A DNA stretch of 64,000 bases from assembly GCA_963761305.1 (NCBI GenBank), contig CAVXGK010000002.1, positions 2,912,001 through 2,976,000 on the forward strand, read 5' to 3'. This stretch comes from an uncultured Gemmatimonadaceae bacterium (GTDB taxonomy: Bacteria > Gemmatimonadota > Gemmatimonadetes > Gemmatimonadales > Gemmatimonadaceae). The position numbers and the translations under genes were made by a program. Of this stretch, positions 27,380 through 36,556 are shown one piece after another. The notes beneath the pieces were generated by a model. It was given only the letters and a program-made list of their open reading frames with translations. It did not search any database and was not told where the DNA came from. Positions within the stretch are counted from its first letter, which is position 1, and each line of letters starts with the position of its first letter.

Positions 27380-30024
27380 GGCCGCTTCTCCCCCGCCTGC
27401 TTCGTTCGCAGATCGTAGAGCGTCAGCAGCAACGTCTGCGCCTTCTCGAAATTCGGCGCTTCCTCGAGCGAGCGCAGCACGCTCGTCCGCGCATGCACGT
27501 CGTCGCCGGCCTCGTGTTGAGCGACCGCCAGATCATACTCGGCGGCCGCTTTGTCCACCGGCCCGAGCGCGACGATCGCCGCGCGCTCGCGCACCGTGCG
27601 CTCCTTGTCGCCCGCTGCATGTGACAACTCGGCCAGCTTCTGATGCATGCCGACGTCGAACGGATTCACGAACATCGCGCGGTCGAGCGCGTCCGCGGCA
27701 CCCTTCGCGTCACCGAGCTGCTCGAGCAGCGTCGCGAGCTTCTGGAGCGCCTTGATGTTGGTCTCGGTGAGCGACGTCCACTTGGCGAGCGCGTCGGCCT
27801 CCTTGCGCTGATCGCCCTTCTTCTCGTACAGGACCGCGAGCAACGCGTACGGGCTGTCGTCACCGCCGTACTCGGGAAAGATGTCGCGCGCCCGCTCGAT
27901 ATATGGAAGCGCCTTGTCCAGTTCGTTGTGCGCGATCAACGCTTCGCCGGCGAAGAGCTGCGTGCCGAAATCGTTCGGCGATTTGGCGGCCAGGGCGATC
28001 ACCGCCTCAATGGGCGTTTCGCCCGTGATTTTGGGCGGCTGCTTGGTGAGCCCCGGCAGCACCGCGGCGAAGCGCGTGTTCAGATACGTGTCGAACCGCT
28101 TGTCGAACGACGGGAGATCGGTGTTGAGCACTTTCTGAAACACCTGATCCGTCGTCGCGCCGTCCTTGTACGCCTGAAGCATGCGCAGGATCGCCGGCTC
28201 GCCGAAGTCGCGCGCGATCAGCTCGCACACGAGCGACGCCTGGTAGTACGAGAACTGCACCTGCTCCGGATACGCCGGATGCATGAAGCCGTCGTTCATC
28301 CGGCTCACCGGCACGAGCTTCCCCGCCTTGTACGCGGCGAGGAAATCCGGCGTCACGCCGAAACCCCAGCCGGGCTTCGCGTGGTGCTCCTCGTACACCG
28401 ACAGCCCTTCGCTCAACCACCGCGGAATTCGGTTGTCGGTGCTGCCGAGCGTGAACGTGTGCGCCAGCTCGTGCCAGACCGTCGAGCCCCAATTGAACGG
28501 ACCGGCGTCCTTCGCCGCCGGCGAATCGAACGCCAGCGTCGTTCCGAAGCTCACGCCCAGCGCGCCGAGCCCGGCGAGCCCCACGGTGCGCACCGAAAAG
28601 TCGGCGTGGCTTCTGAAGACTTCGATCCGCACCGGCGGCGGCGGTGTGTACGCGTACCTCTTCTGGAACGTCGTGTACGCCTGCTCGGCCAGATCACGCA
28701 GGTAGACGGACAAGATCGCCGACTCGTCCTTCTCGATCATGAACTGGAAGTGCGTGCTCGTCGTGAGATCGTAGTTCTTGTACGTGTCGAGCAGGTCGAG
28801 CGTGTTCTTGACCCACACGTTGTACGGGTCGCCCTTGAACGACTTTTCGAGGCTCACGCGACCGGTGTCGATCTGCCCGAGCCGCAGCTGGTTCATGCCG
28901 AGCACGCTCCACGCGTGCCAGTCCTTGGCGTCGAGCGCCACGCCCTGCCCTGCGAAGTCGGCCGCCTGCTTGTACAGACGAACGTCGGCCGACAACTCGG
29001 CGAGCGTCGCGTACAGCTCGGCGTCGTGCGAATCGGCGGCGAGCGCGCGCTGCTTGATCGTTTCGAATCCCGCTTGGTCGTGCGTGAGATACTTGATCGC
29101 CGCCGCGACGGCGAGCGCCCGCTCGCCGACCGGATTGGTCTTGAGCGCGCGATCGATATCGATCTGCGCGCCCGCGTAGTCCTCGAGCCCGAGCAGCGCT
29201 TCAGCGTGGAGGACGCGCGCCTGGGGATCGTCCGGATTGATTGCGAGCGCCGCGCGCAGCAGCGAATCGCCGCCCGCCTGACCATCGGCTTGGAGCCGCC
29301 GCGCAGCGCCGACGAGCGCGCGTGGGTCGTTGGGATTGGCCTGCAGAACTTCCTCGAACGTCTTCTGCGCGTCGTCGAAGTCGTACTTCTGCAGGAACAG
29401 CTCGCCGAGCCGCACCTTCGCCGCGTCGTTCGTCGGGTCGACGCTCGTCGACCGGTCGTACGCCTTCTGCGCGTCGTGGAACAGCTGCGGATCGTTCTCG
29501 CCGAGGTACTCGCACGCGACGGCGACGGCCATCAAGTCGTCGCTCGTGAGATCGTTGCCGAGCGAGCGGTTGTAGACGTCGATGAACCGGTCGAACTCTT
29601 TCATCGCGCGGTCGCGCTCGCCGCGATCGTAATGCAAGACGGCGAGGTTGAGCGACGCGATCAGACTGTCCGGCGTCGCCTGCGCGCGCACGAACGCGCT
29701 CTCGGCGGAAGCGAGCCTGCCGCGCGTGACCAGCACCTCGCCGAGAGGATTCCATAGAATCGCGCCTTTCGGTGACGCGATCGCTTTGCGAGCCGTCGCT
29801 TCAGCTGCGTCGTATTTGCCGATCGTCGCGTACGCGCGCACGAGGTCGCGCTGCGCCGCCGCCCAATCGCTGTCGCTCGGCGGCACCTTGCTCAGCGCGG
29901 CGATCGCCGCCTGATACTTGCCGCTTTGGAACAGGTCGTGACCGTCGTCCTGGGCCGCGAGCACGCGCGGCGCGCACAGCGCGACGACGGTGGCGAGCGA
30001 TGCGGCCCGAACGAAGCGCGTCAT
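27376..30024 (-). CDS. Secreted TPR protein with peptidase MA-like (HExxH) domain
   Basis: Signal peptide, many TPR-like helices, and WHELAHTF...PRWLSEGLSVYEE. Confidence 0.82.
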   Translation of the reverse strand: MTRFVRAASLATVVALCAPRVLAAQDDGHDLFQSGKYQAAIAALSKVPPSDSDWAAAQRDLVRAYATIGKYDAAEATARKAIASPKGAILWNPLGEVLVTRGRLASAESAFVRAQATPDSLIASLNLAVLHYDRGERDRAMKEFDRFIDVYNRSLGNDLTSDDLMAVAVACEYLGENDPQLFHDAQKAYDRSTSVDPTNDAAKVRLGELFLQKYDFDDAQKTFEEVLQANPNDPRALVGAARRLQADGQAGGDSLLRAALAINPDDPQARVLHAEALLGLEDYAGAQIDIDRALKTNPVGERALAVAAAIKYLTHDQAGFETIKQRALAADSHDAELYATLAELSADVRLYKQAADFAGQGVALDAKDWHAWSVLGMNQLRLGQIDTGRVSLEKSFKGDPYNVWVKNTLDLLDTYKNYDLTTSTHFQFMIEKDESAILSVYLRDLAEQAYTTFQKRYAYTPPPPVRIEVFRSHADFSVRTVGLAGLGALGVSFGTTLAFDSPAAKDAGPFNWGSTVWHELAHTFTLGSTDNRIPRWLSEGLSVYEEHHAKPGWGFGVTPDFLAAYKAGKLVPVSRMNDGFMHPAYPEQVQFSYYQASLVCELIARDFGEPAILRMLQAYKDGATTDQVFQKVLNTDLPSFDKRFDTYLNTRFAAVLPGLTKQPPKITGETPIEAVIALAAKSPNDFGTQLFAGEALIAHNELDKALPYIERARDIFPEYGGDDSPYALLAVLYEKKGDQRKEADALAKWTSLTETNIKALQKLATLLEQLGDAKGAADALDRAMFVNPFDVGMHQKLAELSHAAGDKERTVRERAAIVALGPVDKAAAEYDLAVAQHEAGDDVHARTSVLRSLEEAPNFEKAQTLLLTLYDLRTKQAGEKRP

Positions 30025-31067
30025 GACTTCCTCCCCGCGGCGGTTCCTTCCATCTCGCGGATCGTTTTCGCTTTTCGCGCGAGCTGTACGAGCAGCGCCT
30101 CGAGCGCGTCGTCGTAGGCGTCGGGCGTCATCGCCGACTTCTTGAGGCGAAGCTGACCGATCTGATCCTCGAGCGCGAACTTGTCCTTGTAGAGCGTCGC
30201 CAGCTGCGGATCGTTGGCCGCCGTCGAGCTGAGACCGGCGTCCAGAAAGAAGCGCCGCGCCAGCACGCCTTCCGCCGAGTTTCCGTCCGGATCCGCTACG
30301 CCGGCCTTGGCGCCCATGTCGTCCAGTTGCGCGTGTTCGGTCTGGAGGCGCGTGTCGTTGTCGTACACCCGCTTGGTCTCGGTCACCGCATAACGGAATG
30401 CTTCGAGCAGCGACACGCGTCCGTCCTTGTCCGTGTCAGCGACGTCCTTGCTGAACGCGGCGACGAAGAATTCGGCGAAGTGCGATTCGTTCCGCTCGAA
30501 GCTGCTCTTGGTCGCCGTGATCACCACACGATTGCGCGCCGCGACAATGGGCAGCATGTCGCCGCTGGCACTCGTCAGGTCGACGAACGCGACGCGCTGC
30601 GTCGGGAACTTGGAAAGAAGGTGCGCGAAGTCCGTCGCGCTGAGGTCGGGACCGGGAATGCTGATCTTCGAGTCGGCGCCGTCGCCGCTGCCGTGGCCGA
30701 TGAGCACGAGCACGACTTGATCGCCCGCTCCGGCGCGCGCGGCGAGCTGCCCCATCGCCCGCTCGACGTTCGTTTTCGTCGACTGGCCGCGGAAGTACGG
30801 ATTCTTCGAGACGCTGTCTTCGCCGAACCAGAGAATGTCCGCCGCCGGAATCCCGAGCTTCTTGCTCGCCGCGTCGGCGAGCGTCTGCGAGAGATTGGCG
30901 AACGACGCCCGATACTTCGCCTCTCCACCGAGGCCGCTCACGATCACGAGATGCGTTTGCGCGAATACCGCGCCGAGCGGGAGTGCGCAGGCCACGACCA
31001 CGCTCGCGACGCGGCGACGAAGCCGCCGTCCACCCGTCCACCTGTCCACCTGTCCACCCGCGATCAC
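30021..31067 (-). CDS. Secreted caspase/C13-like fold protein lacking an obvious catalytic Cys
   Basis: LVIVSGLGG, VLIGHGS, FVDLTSASG, RVVITAT and ADTDKDGRVSLLEAF. GTG 31067 overlaps the upstream stop; the true start may be slightly downstream. Confidence 0.65.
   Translation of the reverse strand: MIAGGQVDRWTGGRRLRRRVASVVVACALPLGAVFAQTHLVIVSGLGGEAKYRASFANLSQTLADAASKKLGIPAADILWFGEDSVSKNPYFRGQSTKTNVERAMGQLAARAGAGDQVVLVLIGHGSGDGADSKISIPGPDLSATDFAHLLSKFPTQRVAFVDLTSASGDMLPIVAARNRVVITATKSSFERNESHFAEFFVAAFSKDVADTDKDGRVSLLEAFRYAVTETKRVYDNDTRLQTEHAQLDDMGAKAGVADPDGNSAEGVLARRFFLDAGLSSTAANDPQLATLYKDKFALEDQIGQLRLKKSAMTPDAYDDALEALLVQLARKAKTIREMEGTAAGRKS
31028..31059. repeat. Four tandem 8-bp units GTCCACC(C/T)
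   Basis: gtccaccc gtccacct gtccacct gtccaccc. Confidence 0.85.
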
Positions 31068-33397
31068 GCGAGTCCCCTCGATTTCCGGTACGCCCACTCT
31101 GCACTCACGAGAATCACGAGCAACAAGAACGTCGCCGGCATGTCCCACAGATCCATCTGATTCACGACCGTCACGCCGCGCTTGCTCATCGCGACGTCTT
31201 CGGCAAGCGTGGACGCCGTCTCCGGCGTGTAGAACCGTCCGCCCGTCTCCGAGGCGATGCGTTTGAGCAGCGGCGCGCGCATTTCGGCGTCGAAGTACTC
31301 CGTGTTCAAGTCGGCGACGCGCACGTAGCCCGTGTCGGCAGCGATCGCGCCGTTCGGCAGCGTCGCGGTGACGTGAATCGAATACACACCGTTCTGATCG
31401 GGGGTGAACGTGCCGCGATACTCGCCGTCGCGGTCGATCGCCCAGTCGAGCGGCAGGTCGCGCGACACGCCGCTGTCGCTCGAGATGTGCGCGGTGACCT
31501 TGGCGTCGTTGCGCGCGATGTAGATGCTGTCCATCACCGTCGCGCGAATCGCGATCGGCGAACGCGGATTCGCCTTGTCCGTCGGCAGCGATACGACCAC
31601 GCGCCCGGGCGAGTCGCTCGTGAGCCACCGGAGCATCTGGCGCCAGAACCGCGAATAGGTCTCGTCGTCCGCCGGCGTGTTGGGATCCATCTGCCAGGTC
31701 CACGAGTCCTGCACGGGAAACGCGACCGACATTCCGCGTCCATAGCGCTGGTACACGAGCACCGGCTGGTCGTAGCTGCGCACCGGCGCGCCGGGCACTC
31801 CCGCGCGTCCGTCCGACGGAACCGAGCCGGTCACCAGCGTGACCGCGCCGGGTTTCACCTCGCGAATGCGATTCACCGTGGTGAGAGTCGGGAGCGACTT
31901 CCACCGCTGCGCCGACAGCGACGGCGTCGCCGCGACCTGCGCGACCGCGTGGCTCTCTCCCGCCGGCGTGAGCGACACTTTCAGATTCGCGAAGAAGGTG
32001 AGCGAATCGGGAACCGCGTCCCCCGTGAGCACCACGGGCATCACGTCGGCGAGCGGCGTTCCGGCGTATCCGCCTTCGGCGAACGCCCGGCGCCCGCCGA
32101 GCAACAGGAGTCCGCCGCCCCGCACGTTCACGAAATCCGAAAGCATCGCGAGCTGGTCATGCGTGAAGAAGCTCGCTTCCACGTCGCCGATGATGATCGC
32201 GCGATAGCGGAACAGATCGGCGCGCGTCTTCGGAAAGCCCGTCGCCAGATCGTTCGCGCTGTCGACGTTCAGGCGAAGGAACTTGTTGTCCGCCGTCCGC
32301 TGCAACACGACGAGCTGCAGGTTGGAATCCGCTTCGACGGCCGCGCGGATGAAGCGCATCTCGGGACGCGGCGTGCCCTCGAAGTACAGCACGCGCTCGC
32401 GATCGTTGCGCACGTCGACGAGCGCCTGCTGCGAATTGTTCTGCGTGACTTGCTCGCCCGGCTGGGGCGGAATGCGGAAATTGAGGGCGCGCGCACCGGG
32501 ATCGTTCGCCGCGACGCTCACGCGCACGGGCGCCACGTCGCCGTCCGGCGGCAGGGTGATCGAGTCGCGCGACACGATGCGCCCGCCGTCCTCGACGACC
32601 AGCGGCACTCGCTGCCCCGCGTAGCCGCGCTGGCGAATCATGATGTCCGCGACGAGCGTCCCGCCGCGCAGCACCGACGGCGACGTCTCGACGCGCTGGA
32701 TTTCGATGTCCTTGTCGAATCGCTCGGCGCCGAGTCCGATCGTGAAGATCGGCACCGACTTGGCGCGCAGCGCGAGCAGCTCGTCGCCGATCGGCGCGCG
32801 CGAATTGTCGGCGCCGTCGCTCAGCACGACGAGCCCGGACAACGGCACCGCGTCGAGCTCTTGCCGCGCCTGCTCGATCGCGTCGGCGACGTGCGTCTCG
32901 CCGGCGTTGAAGGTCAGCGCCGACGCGCTGTCGATCCGCTGCGCGCCGGACGAAAAGCGGAACACGCGCACCTGGAATTTCTTGCGCAGCGACGCGAGCA
33001 GCACGCTGTCGGGACCGCCGAACGCATGTTCGGCCCACGCGCTGCGCGGCTGGCCGTTGCGATCGGCGATGCGCATGCTGCGTGAATCGTCGATCAGCAC
33101 GCCCACGTAGTTCCGTTGCGGCACCGCGGCCGACAGCAGGAGCATCGGGCGCATGAGACACGCGAGCAGCACGACGAGCGCCGACACGCGCAGCGCGCCA
33201 AGCACCCACCGGTCGCGGCGCGTGCTCTTCGCTCGCACGCCGGCGTAGCTCAACACAGCGGGCACGCCGATGGCGGCCGCCGCGAGCAGCAGCAGCATGA
33301 CCGAAAACGGGACGCCGAACGCCAGATTGCCGTTCGCGAACTCGTTCGGACGGTACTTGAAAAGGAACTGAAAGAGAGAGGCGAGCAATGTGACCAA
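31064..33397 (-). CDS. Membrane protein with vWA and class-I glutamine amidotransferase-like domains
   Basis: N-terminal TMs, LIDDSRSM, VLSDGADN, VLYFEG.PRPE, GGGLLLLGG, YGRG..., RFWRQMLRWL, LKRIASETGG and C-terminal TM EWAYRK. Confidence 0.8.
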   Translation of the reverse strand: MVTLLASLFQFLFKYRPNEFANGNLAFGVPFSVMLLLLAAAAIGVPAVLSYAGVRAKSTRRDRWVLGALRVSALVVLLACLMRPMLLLSAAVPQRNYVGVLIDDSRSMRIADRNGQPRSAWAEHAFGGPDSVLLASLRKKFQVRVFRFSSGAQRIDSASALTFNAGETHVADAIEQARQELDAVPLSGLVVLSDGADNSRAPIGDELLALRAKSVPIFTIGLGAERFDKDIEIQRVETSPSVLRGGTLVADIMIRQRGYAGQRVPLVVEDGGRIVSRDSITLPPDGDVAPVRVSVAANDPGARALNFRIPPQPGEQVTQNNSQQALVDVRNDRERVLYFEGTPRPEMRFIRAAVEADSNLQLVVLQRTADNKFLRLNVDSANDLATGFPKTRADLFRYRAIIIGDVEASFFTHDQLAMLSDFVNVRGGGLLLLGGRRAFAEGGYAGTPLADVMPVVLTGDAVPDSLTFFANLKVSLTPAGESHAVAQVAATPSLSAQRWKSLPTLTTVNRIREVKPGAVTLVTGSVPSDGRAGVPGAPVRSYDQPVLVYQRYGRGMSVAFPVQDSWTWQMDPNTPADDETYSRFWRQMLRWLTSDSPGRVVVSLPTDKANPRSPIAIRATVMDSIYIARNDAKVTAHISSDSGVSRDLPLDWAIDRDGEYRGTFTPDQNGVYSIHVTATLPNGAIAADTGYVRVADLNTEYFDAEMRAPLLKRIASETGGRFYTPETASTLAEDVAMSKRGVTVVNQMDLWDMPATFLLLVILVSAEWAYRKSRGLA

Positions 33398-33473
33398 TCA
33401 GTGTTGCAAACAAGGTTGAGACACGCGCAGACAACCGCCAGTTCCTTCACCTGAGCAACTACATTTTCCCTAC

Positions 33474-34382
33474 ATGCGCGCCCGCTATCTCACCGCCGAC
33501 GTCTTTACCGACCACCTCTTTGGCGGCAACCAGCTCGCGGTCTTCCCCGACGCCCGGGAGATCGAACCGGGCCTCATGCCAAAGATCGCGCGGGAGTTCA
33601 ACTACTCGGAAACGACGTTCGTTCTCCCCCCTGACGACCCGAGCCATACCGCCAAGGTGCGCATCTTCACTCCCGGGGGCGAGCTGCAGTTTGCCGGCCA
33701 CCCCACAATCGGGACCGCGCACGTGCTCGCCACGATCGGCGCAGTCCGATTGACGGGGTCCGAGACCCGAATCGTGCTCGAGGAAGGCGTCGGGCCCGTT
33801 CCGGTCACCATACGGGCGACGAACGGGCGGCCGGAGTTTGCACAGCTCTCGGCGGCCAAGCTGCCGGAAGTCGGCCCACCCCCTCCGTCAAGGGAAACAC
33901 TCGCGGACATGCTCTCGTTGGCCGCGGGCGATCTGCTCGACGGGACCACGCTCCCCGAATCGGTCTCTTGCGGTACGCCGTTTCTCTTCGTTCCGCTGCG
34001 CGACCGCCGCACCGTGGGCCGGGCCCGCGTCCGAAGCGATCTCTGGGAGTCCGCGCTCACCGGCTACGTGACCGACAAGGTCTTCGTGTTCGCGATGGAT
34101 CCGGAGCACGTCGGGCACCACGTCCGCGCGCGGATGTTCGCACCCGGCATCGGCGTCCCCGAAGATCCGGCCACCGGCAGCGCCTGCGTCGCGCTCGGCG
34201 GGTATCTTGCCGCAAGAGATCCCCGGACGGACGGCACGCTTCGCTGGGTCGTCGAGCAGGGCTTCGAGATGGGGCGGCCGAGTATTCTCGAGGTCGAGGC
34301 CGACAAGAAGGCCGGCCGCACGACCGCCGCACGCGTCGGCGGCCAGACTGTCGTCGTGTGCGAAGGAGAGATGCAGCTGTGA
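33474..34382 (+). CDS. PhzF family epimerase/isomerase
   Basis: DVFT..FGGNQLAV, EFNYSETTF, RIFTP..ELQFAGHPTIG, EDPATGSA and EQGFEMGRPS. Confidence 0.93.
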   Translation: MRARYLTADVFTDHLFGGNQLAVFPDAREIEPGLMPKIAREFNYSETTFVLPPDDPSHTAKVRIFTPGGELQFAGHPTIGTAHVLATIGAVRLTGSETRIVLEEGVGPVPVTIRATNGRPEFAQLSAAKLPEVGPPPPSRETLADMLSLAAGDLLDGTTLPESVSCGTPFLFVPLRDRRTVGRARVRSDLWESALTGYVTDKVFVFAMDPEHVGHHVRARMFAPGIGVPEDPATGSACVALGGYLAARDPRTDGTLRWVVEQGFEMGRPSILEVEADKKAGRTTAARVGGQTVVVCEGEMQL

Positions 34383-35125
34383 CGATCGAATCGAACGGCG
34401 ACCTGACCGGGATGCGCGCCGTGGGCCGGCTGGTCGGACTCGCGCTGCTGGAGATGAAGAACGCGGTTCGGCCCGGAATGACGACCGCCCAGCTCGATGA
34501 TGTCGGCGCGGCGTTTCTTCGCCGCCACGGTGCGCGATCGGCGCCGCAGCTCACCTACGACTTCCCCGGCTTCAACTGCATCAGCGTGAACGACGAGATC
34601 GTGCACGGCGTTCCCGGCCGACGGAAAATCCTCGCGGGCGACGTCGTGAAGATCGACGTGACCGCCGAGCTCGATGGCTTGATCGCGGATTCGGCGATCA
34701 CCGTGTTGGTGCCGCCGGTCGCGTCGCGTGGACGGAAGCTCGCTCATTGCGCCAAGTCGGCCTTCGATCTCGCGCTCGCCCGGGCCGCCGCGAACCTGCG
34801 CATCTCCGAATTGGGCAGAACGGTCGAGAACGAAGTGCATCGCTGGGGTCTCTCGGTCGTTCGTGACATGACCGGTCACGGCGTCGGGCGCGCGCTGCAC
34901 GAAGAGCCGGCGGTCCCGAACTTCTATAGTCCGTTCATCCCCGGGCGCCTCGAAGAAGGCATGGTGATCGCGCTCGAGCCGATCATCAGCGAGCGGCCGA
35001 CCGCTCTCGTCGAAGCCGAGGATGGCTGGACCATTCGCACCGCCAACGGCTGCCTCGCCGCGCACCACGAGCACACGATCGTGATTCGCCAGGGCCGTGC
35101 CGAGGTGCTCACACTCGCCGCCTAG
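34379..35125 (+). CDS. map: Type I methionyl aminopeptidase
   Basis: CISVNDEIVHGVP, KIDVTAELDG..ADSA, GHGVGRALHEEP, ALEP and AHHEHT; GTGA overlap with the phzF-like gene. Confidence 0.93.
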   Translation: MTIESNGDLTGMRAVGRLVGLALLEMKNAVRPGMTTAQLDDVGAAFLRRHGARSAPQLTYDFPGFNCISVNDEIVHGVPGRRKILAGDVVKIDVTAELDGLIADSAITVLVPPVASRGRKLAHCAKSAFDLALARAAANLRISELGRTVENEVHRWGLSVVRDMTGHGVGRALHEEPAVPNFYSPFIPGRLEEGMVIALEPIISERPTALVEAEDGWTIRTANGCLAAHHEHTIVIRQGRAEVLTLAA

Positions 35126-35140
35126 CGGCGGTGCGTGCGG

Positions 35141-36040
35141 TCAGGCGTTGAGGCGTTCTTCCATCTCGTCGAGACTGCGGGGCCAATCCTCCTTGAGTAG
35201 TCGGGACAGGCCGCGATCCGCGAGCAATTTGCCGTCGGTCTGACAAATCGCGCAGTAGTTCGTCTCGTTGTCGGCGTAGCGAATGCGCTGAACCGGCGAA
35301 CCGCACACTGGACACGGCTCGCGATACTTGCCGTGCACCGCCATCTCCGGGCGAAACGCAGTCACCTTTTCGGGAAACTCGCCGCCCGACTCGGCGCGCA
35401 GGCGCTCGGTCCACTCGCGCAGCGTCGAAAGCGTCGCCGAGAAGAGCACCGCGATTTCGTCGTCGGACAACCGGCTCGTCAATTTCACCGGCGACATCCG
35501 CGCGCGGTGCAGCATCTCGTCCGAGTACGCGTTGCCGATGCCGCTGAAGAGTCGCGGATCGGTGAGCGCGCGCTTGACGGTGTGATTCTCCGATCGCAGC
35601 CGCGCCGCGAACGAATCGAGCGTGGCGTCGAGCACCTCGAGCCCGCCGCGATCGATCTGCGCCATCGCGTCGCGTCCGCGCACGAGCGAGAGTGATGCTC
35701 GTCGTTTCGAGCCCGCTTCGGTGAGCGTGAGCCAACCCTTGGGGAATCCGAATGCCGCGAGGTCGGTCTTCTTGTGGGCTTTCGGTCCCACCGGTTGCCA
35801 GTGCAGCCGGCCCGCGATCATGAGATGCAGGACCATGAACAGCTCGCCGTCGAACGCGAACACGATGCGCTTGCCGAGCCGGTCCACGCTCTTCACGGAC
35901 TTGCCAATGAACGCGTCGAGCCGCGGCTCGACGGTGCGCAGCAAGAACGGCGTCTGGATGAGAATCGTCTCGAGCGGCTTGCCGACGACGCGCGCCCGGA
36001 TCGCTTCGATGTAGACCGTGATGTCGGGCAGCTCGGGCAT
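35141..36040 (-). CDS. Fpg/Nei family DNA glycosylase
   Basis: N-terminal MPELP, RLGK, HLMIAG, H2[11 protein letters not shown] and zinc finger CPVC...YCAICQ. Confidence 0.92.
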   Translation of the reverse strand: MPELPDITVYIEAIRARVVGKPLETILIQTPFLLRTVEPRLDAFIGKSVKSVDRLGKRIVFAFDGELFMVLHLMIAGRLHWQPVGPKAHKKTDLAAFGFPKGWLTLTEAGSKRRASLSLVRGRDAMAQIDRGGLEVLDATLDSFAARLRSENHTVKRALTDPRLFSGIGNAYSDEMLHRARMSPVKLTSRLSDDEIAVLFSATLSTLREWTERLRAESGGEFPEKVTAFRPEMAVHGKYREPCPVCGSPVQRIRYADNETNYCAICQTDGKLLADRGLSRLLKEDWPRSLDEMEERLNA

Positions 36041-36138
36041 GGGCGAAATCTACGGTGAGACGGCGGTCGGTCTCACCGCGATCGGCGGGACGCGCACTGC
36101 GGGCAACCGTTTCCCCGGCAGCCGTGTCTGAAGGATTG

Positions 36139-36162
36139 CTCCCCCTGAACGCCTGAGGGGAG
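36139..36162. promoter_or_regulatory. Putative PadR operator
   Basis: Imperfect palindrome CTCCCC-N12-GGGGAG about 55 bp upstream of the padR start. Confidence 0.4.
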
Positions 36163-36217
36163 TAGCGCGAGCGCGGTTCGTCGCGCAGGATTCCGACAAC
36201 CACTCTCCGGGACCCAC

Positions 36218-36550
36218 GTGGCGACCACCGATCTCGATCTGCTTCAAGGCACGCTCGACCTGTTGATCCTCAAAGCCCTCACGTGGGGCGCGAGGCACGG
36301 ATACTCGATCGCCTGGTGGATCCGCGAGACCACGCACCAGCGGCTGCAGATCGAAGACGGCGCGCTCTACACCGCGCTCCATCGCATGGAGAAGCGCCGG
36401 TGGATCGAAGCCGAGTGGGGTGTCTCCGACAACAACCGCAAAGCGAAGTACTACCAGCTCACGACGCAGGGCCGGCGACAGCTGCGCAGCAAGACCGCGG
36501 TCTGGACGGAGTACGCGACCGCGGTCTTTCAGGTCCTTCGAACGGTCTGA
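36218..36550 (+). CDS. PadR family regulator (acidobacterial type)
   Basis: LLQGTLDLLILKAL..GARHGYSIA..I...LYTALHRME..W.EAEWG.SDNNRKAKYY.LT..GR. Confidence 0.93.
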   Translation: MATTDLDLLQGTLDLLILKALTWGARHGYSIAWWIRETTHQRLQIEDGALYTALHRMEKRRWIEAEWGVSDNNRKAKYYQLTTQGRRQLRSKTAVWTEYATAVFQVLRTV

Positions 36551-36556
36551 CGCTCC

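Noticed and set aside
33474..34382. Phenazine biosynthesis cluster
   Set aside because: Only a lone PhzF-family gene; no other phz genes are present.
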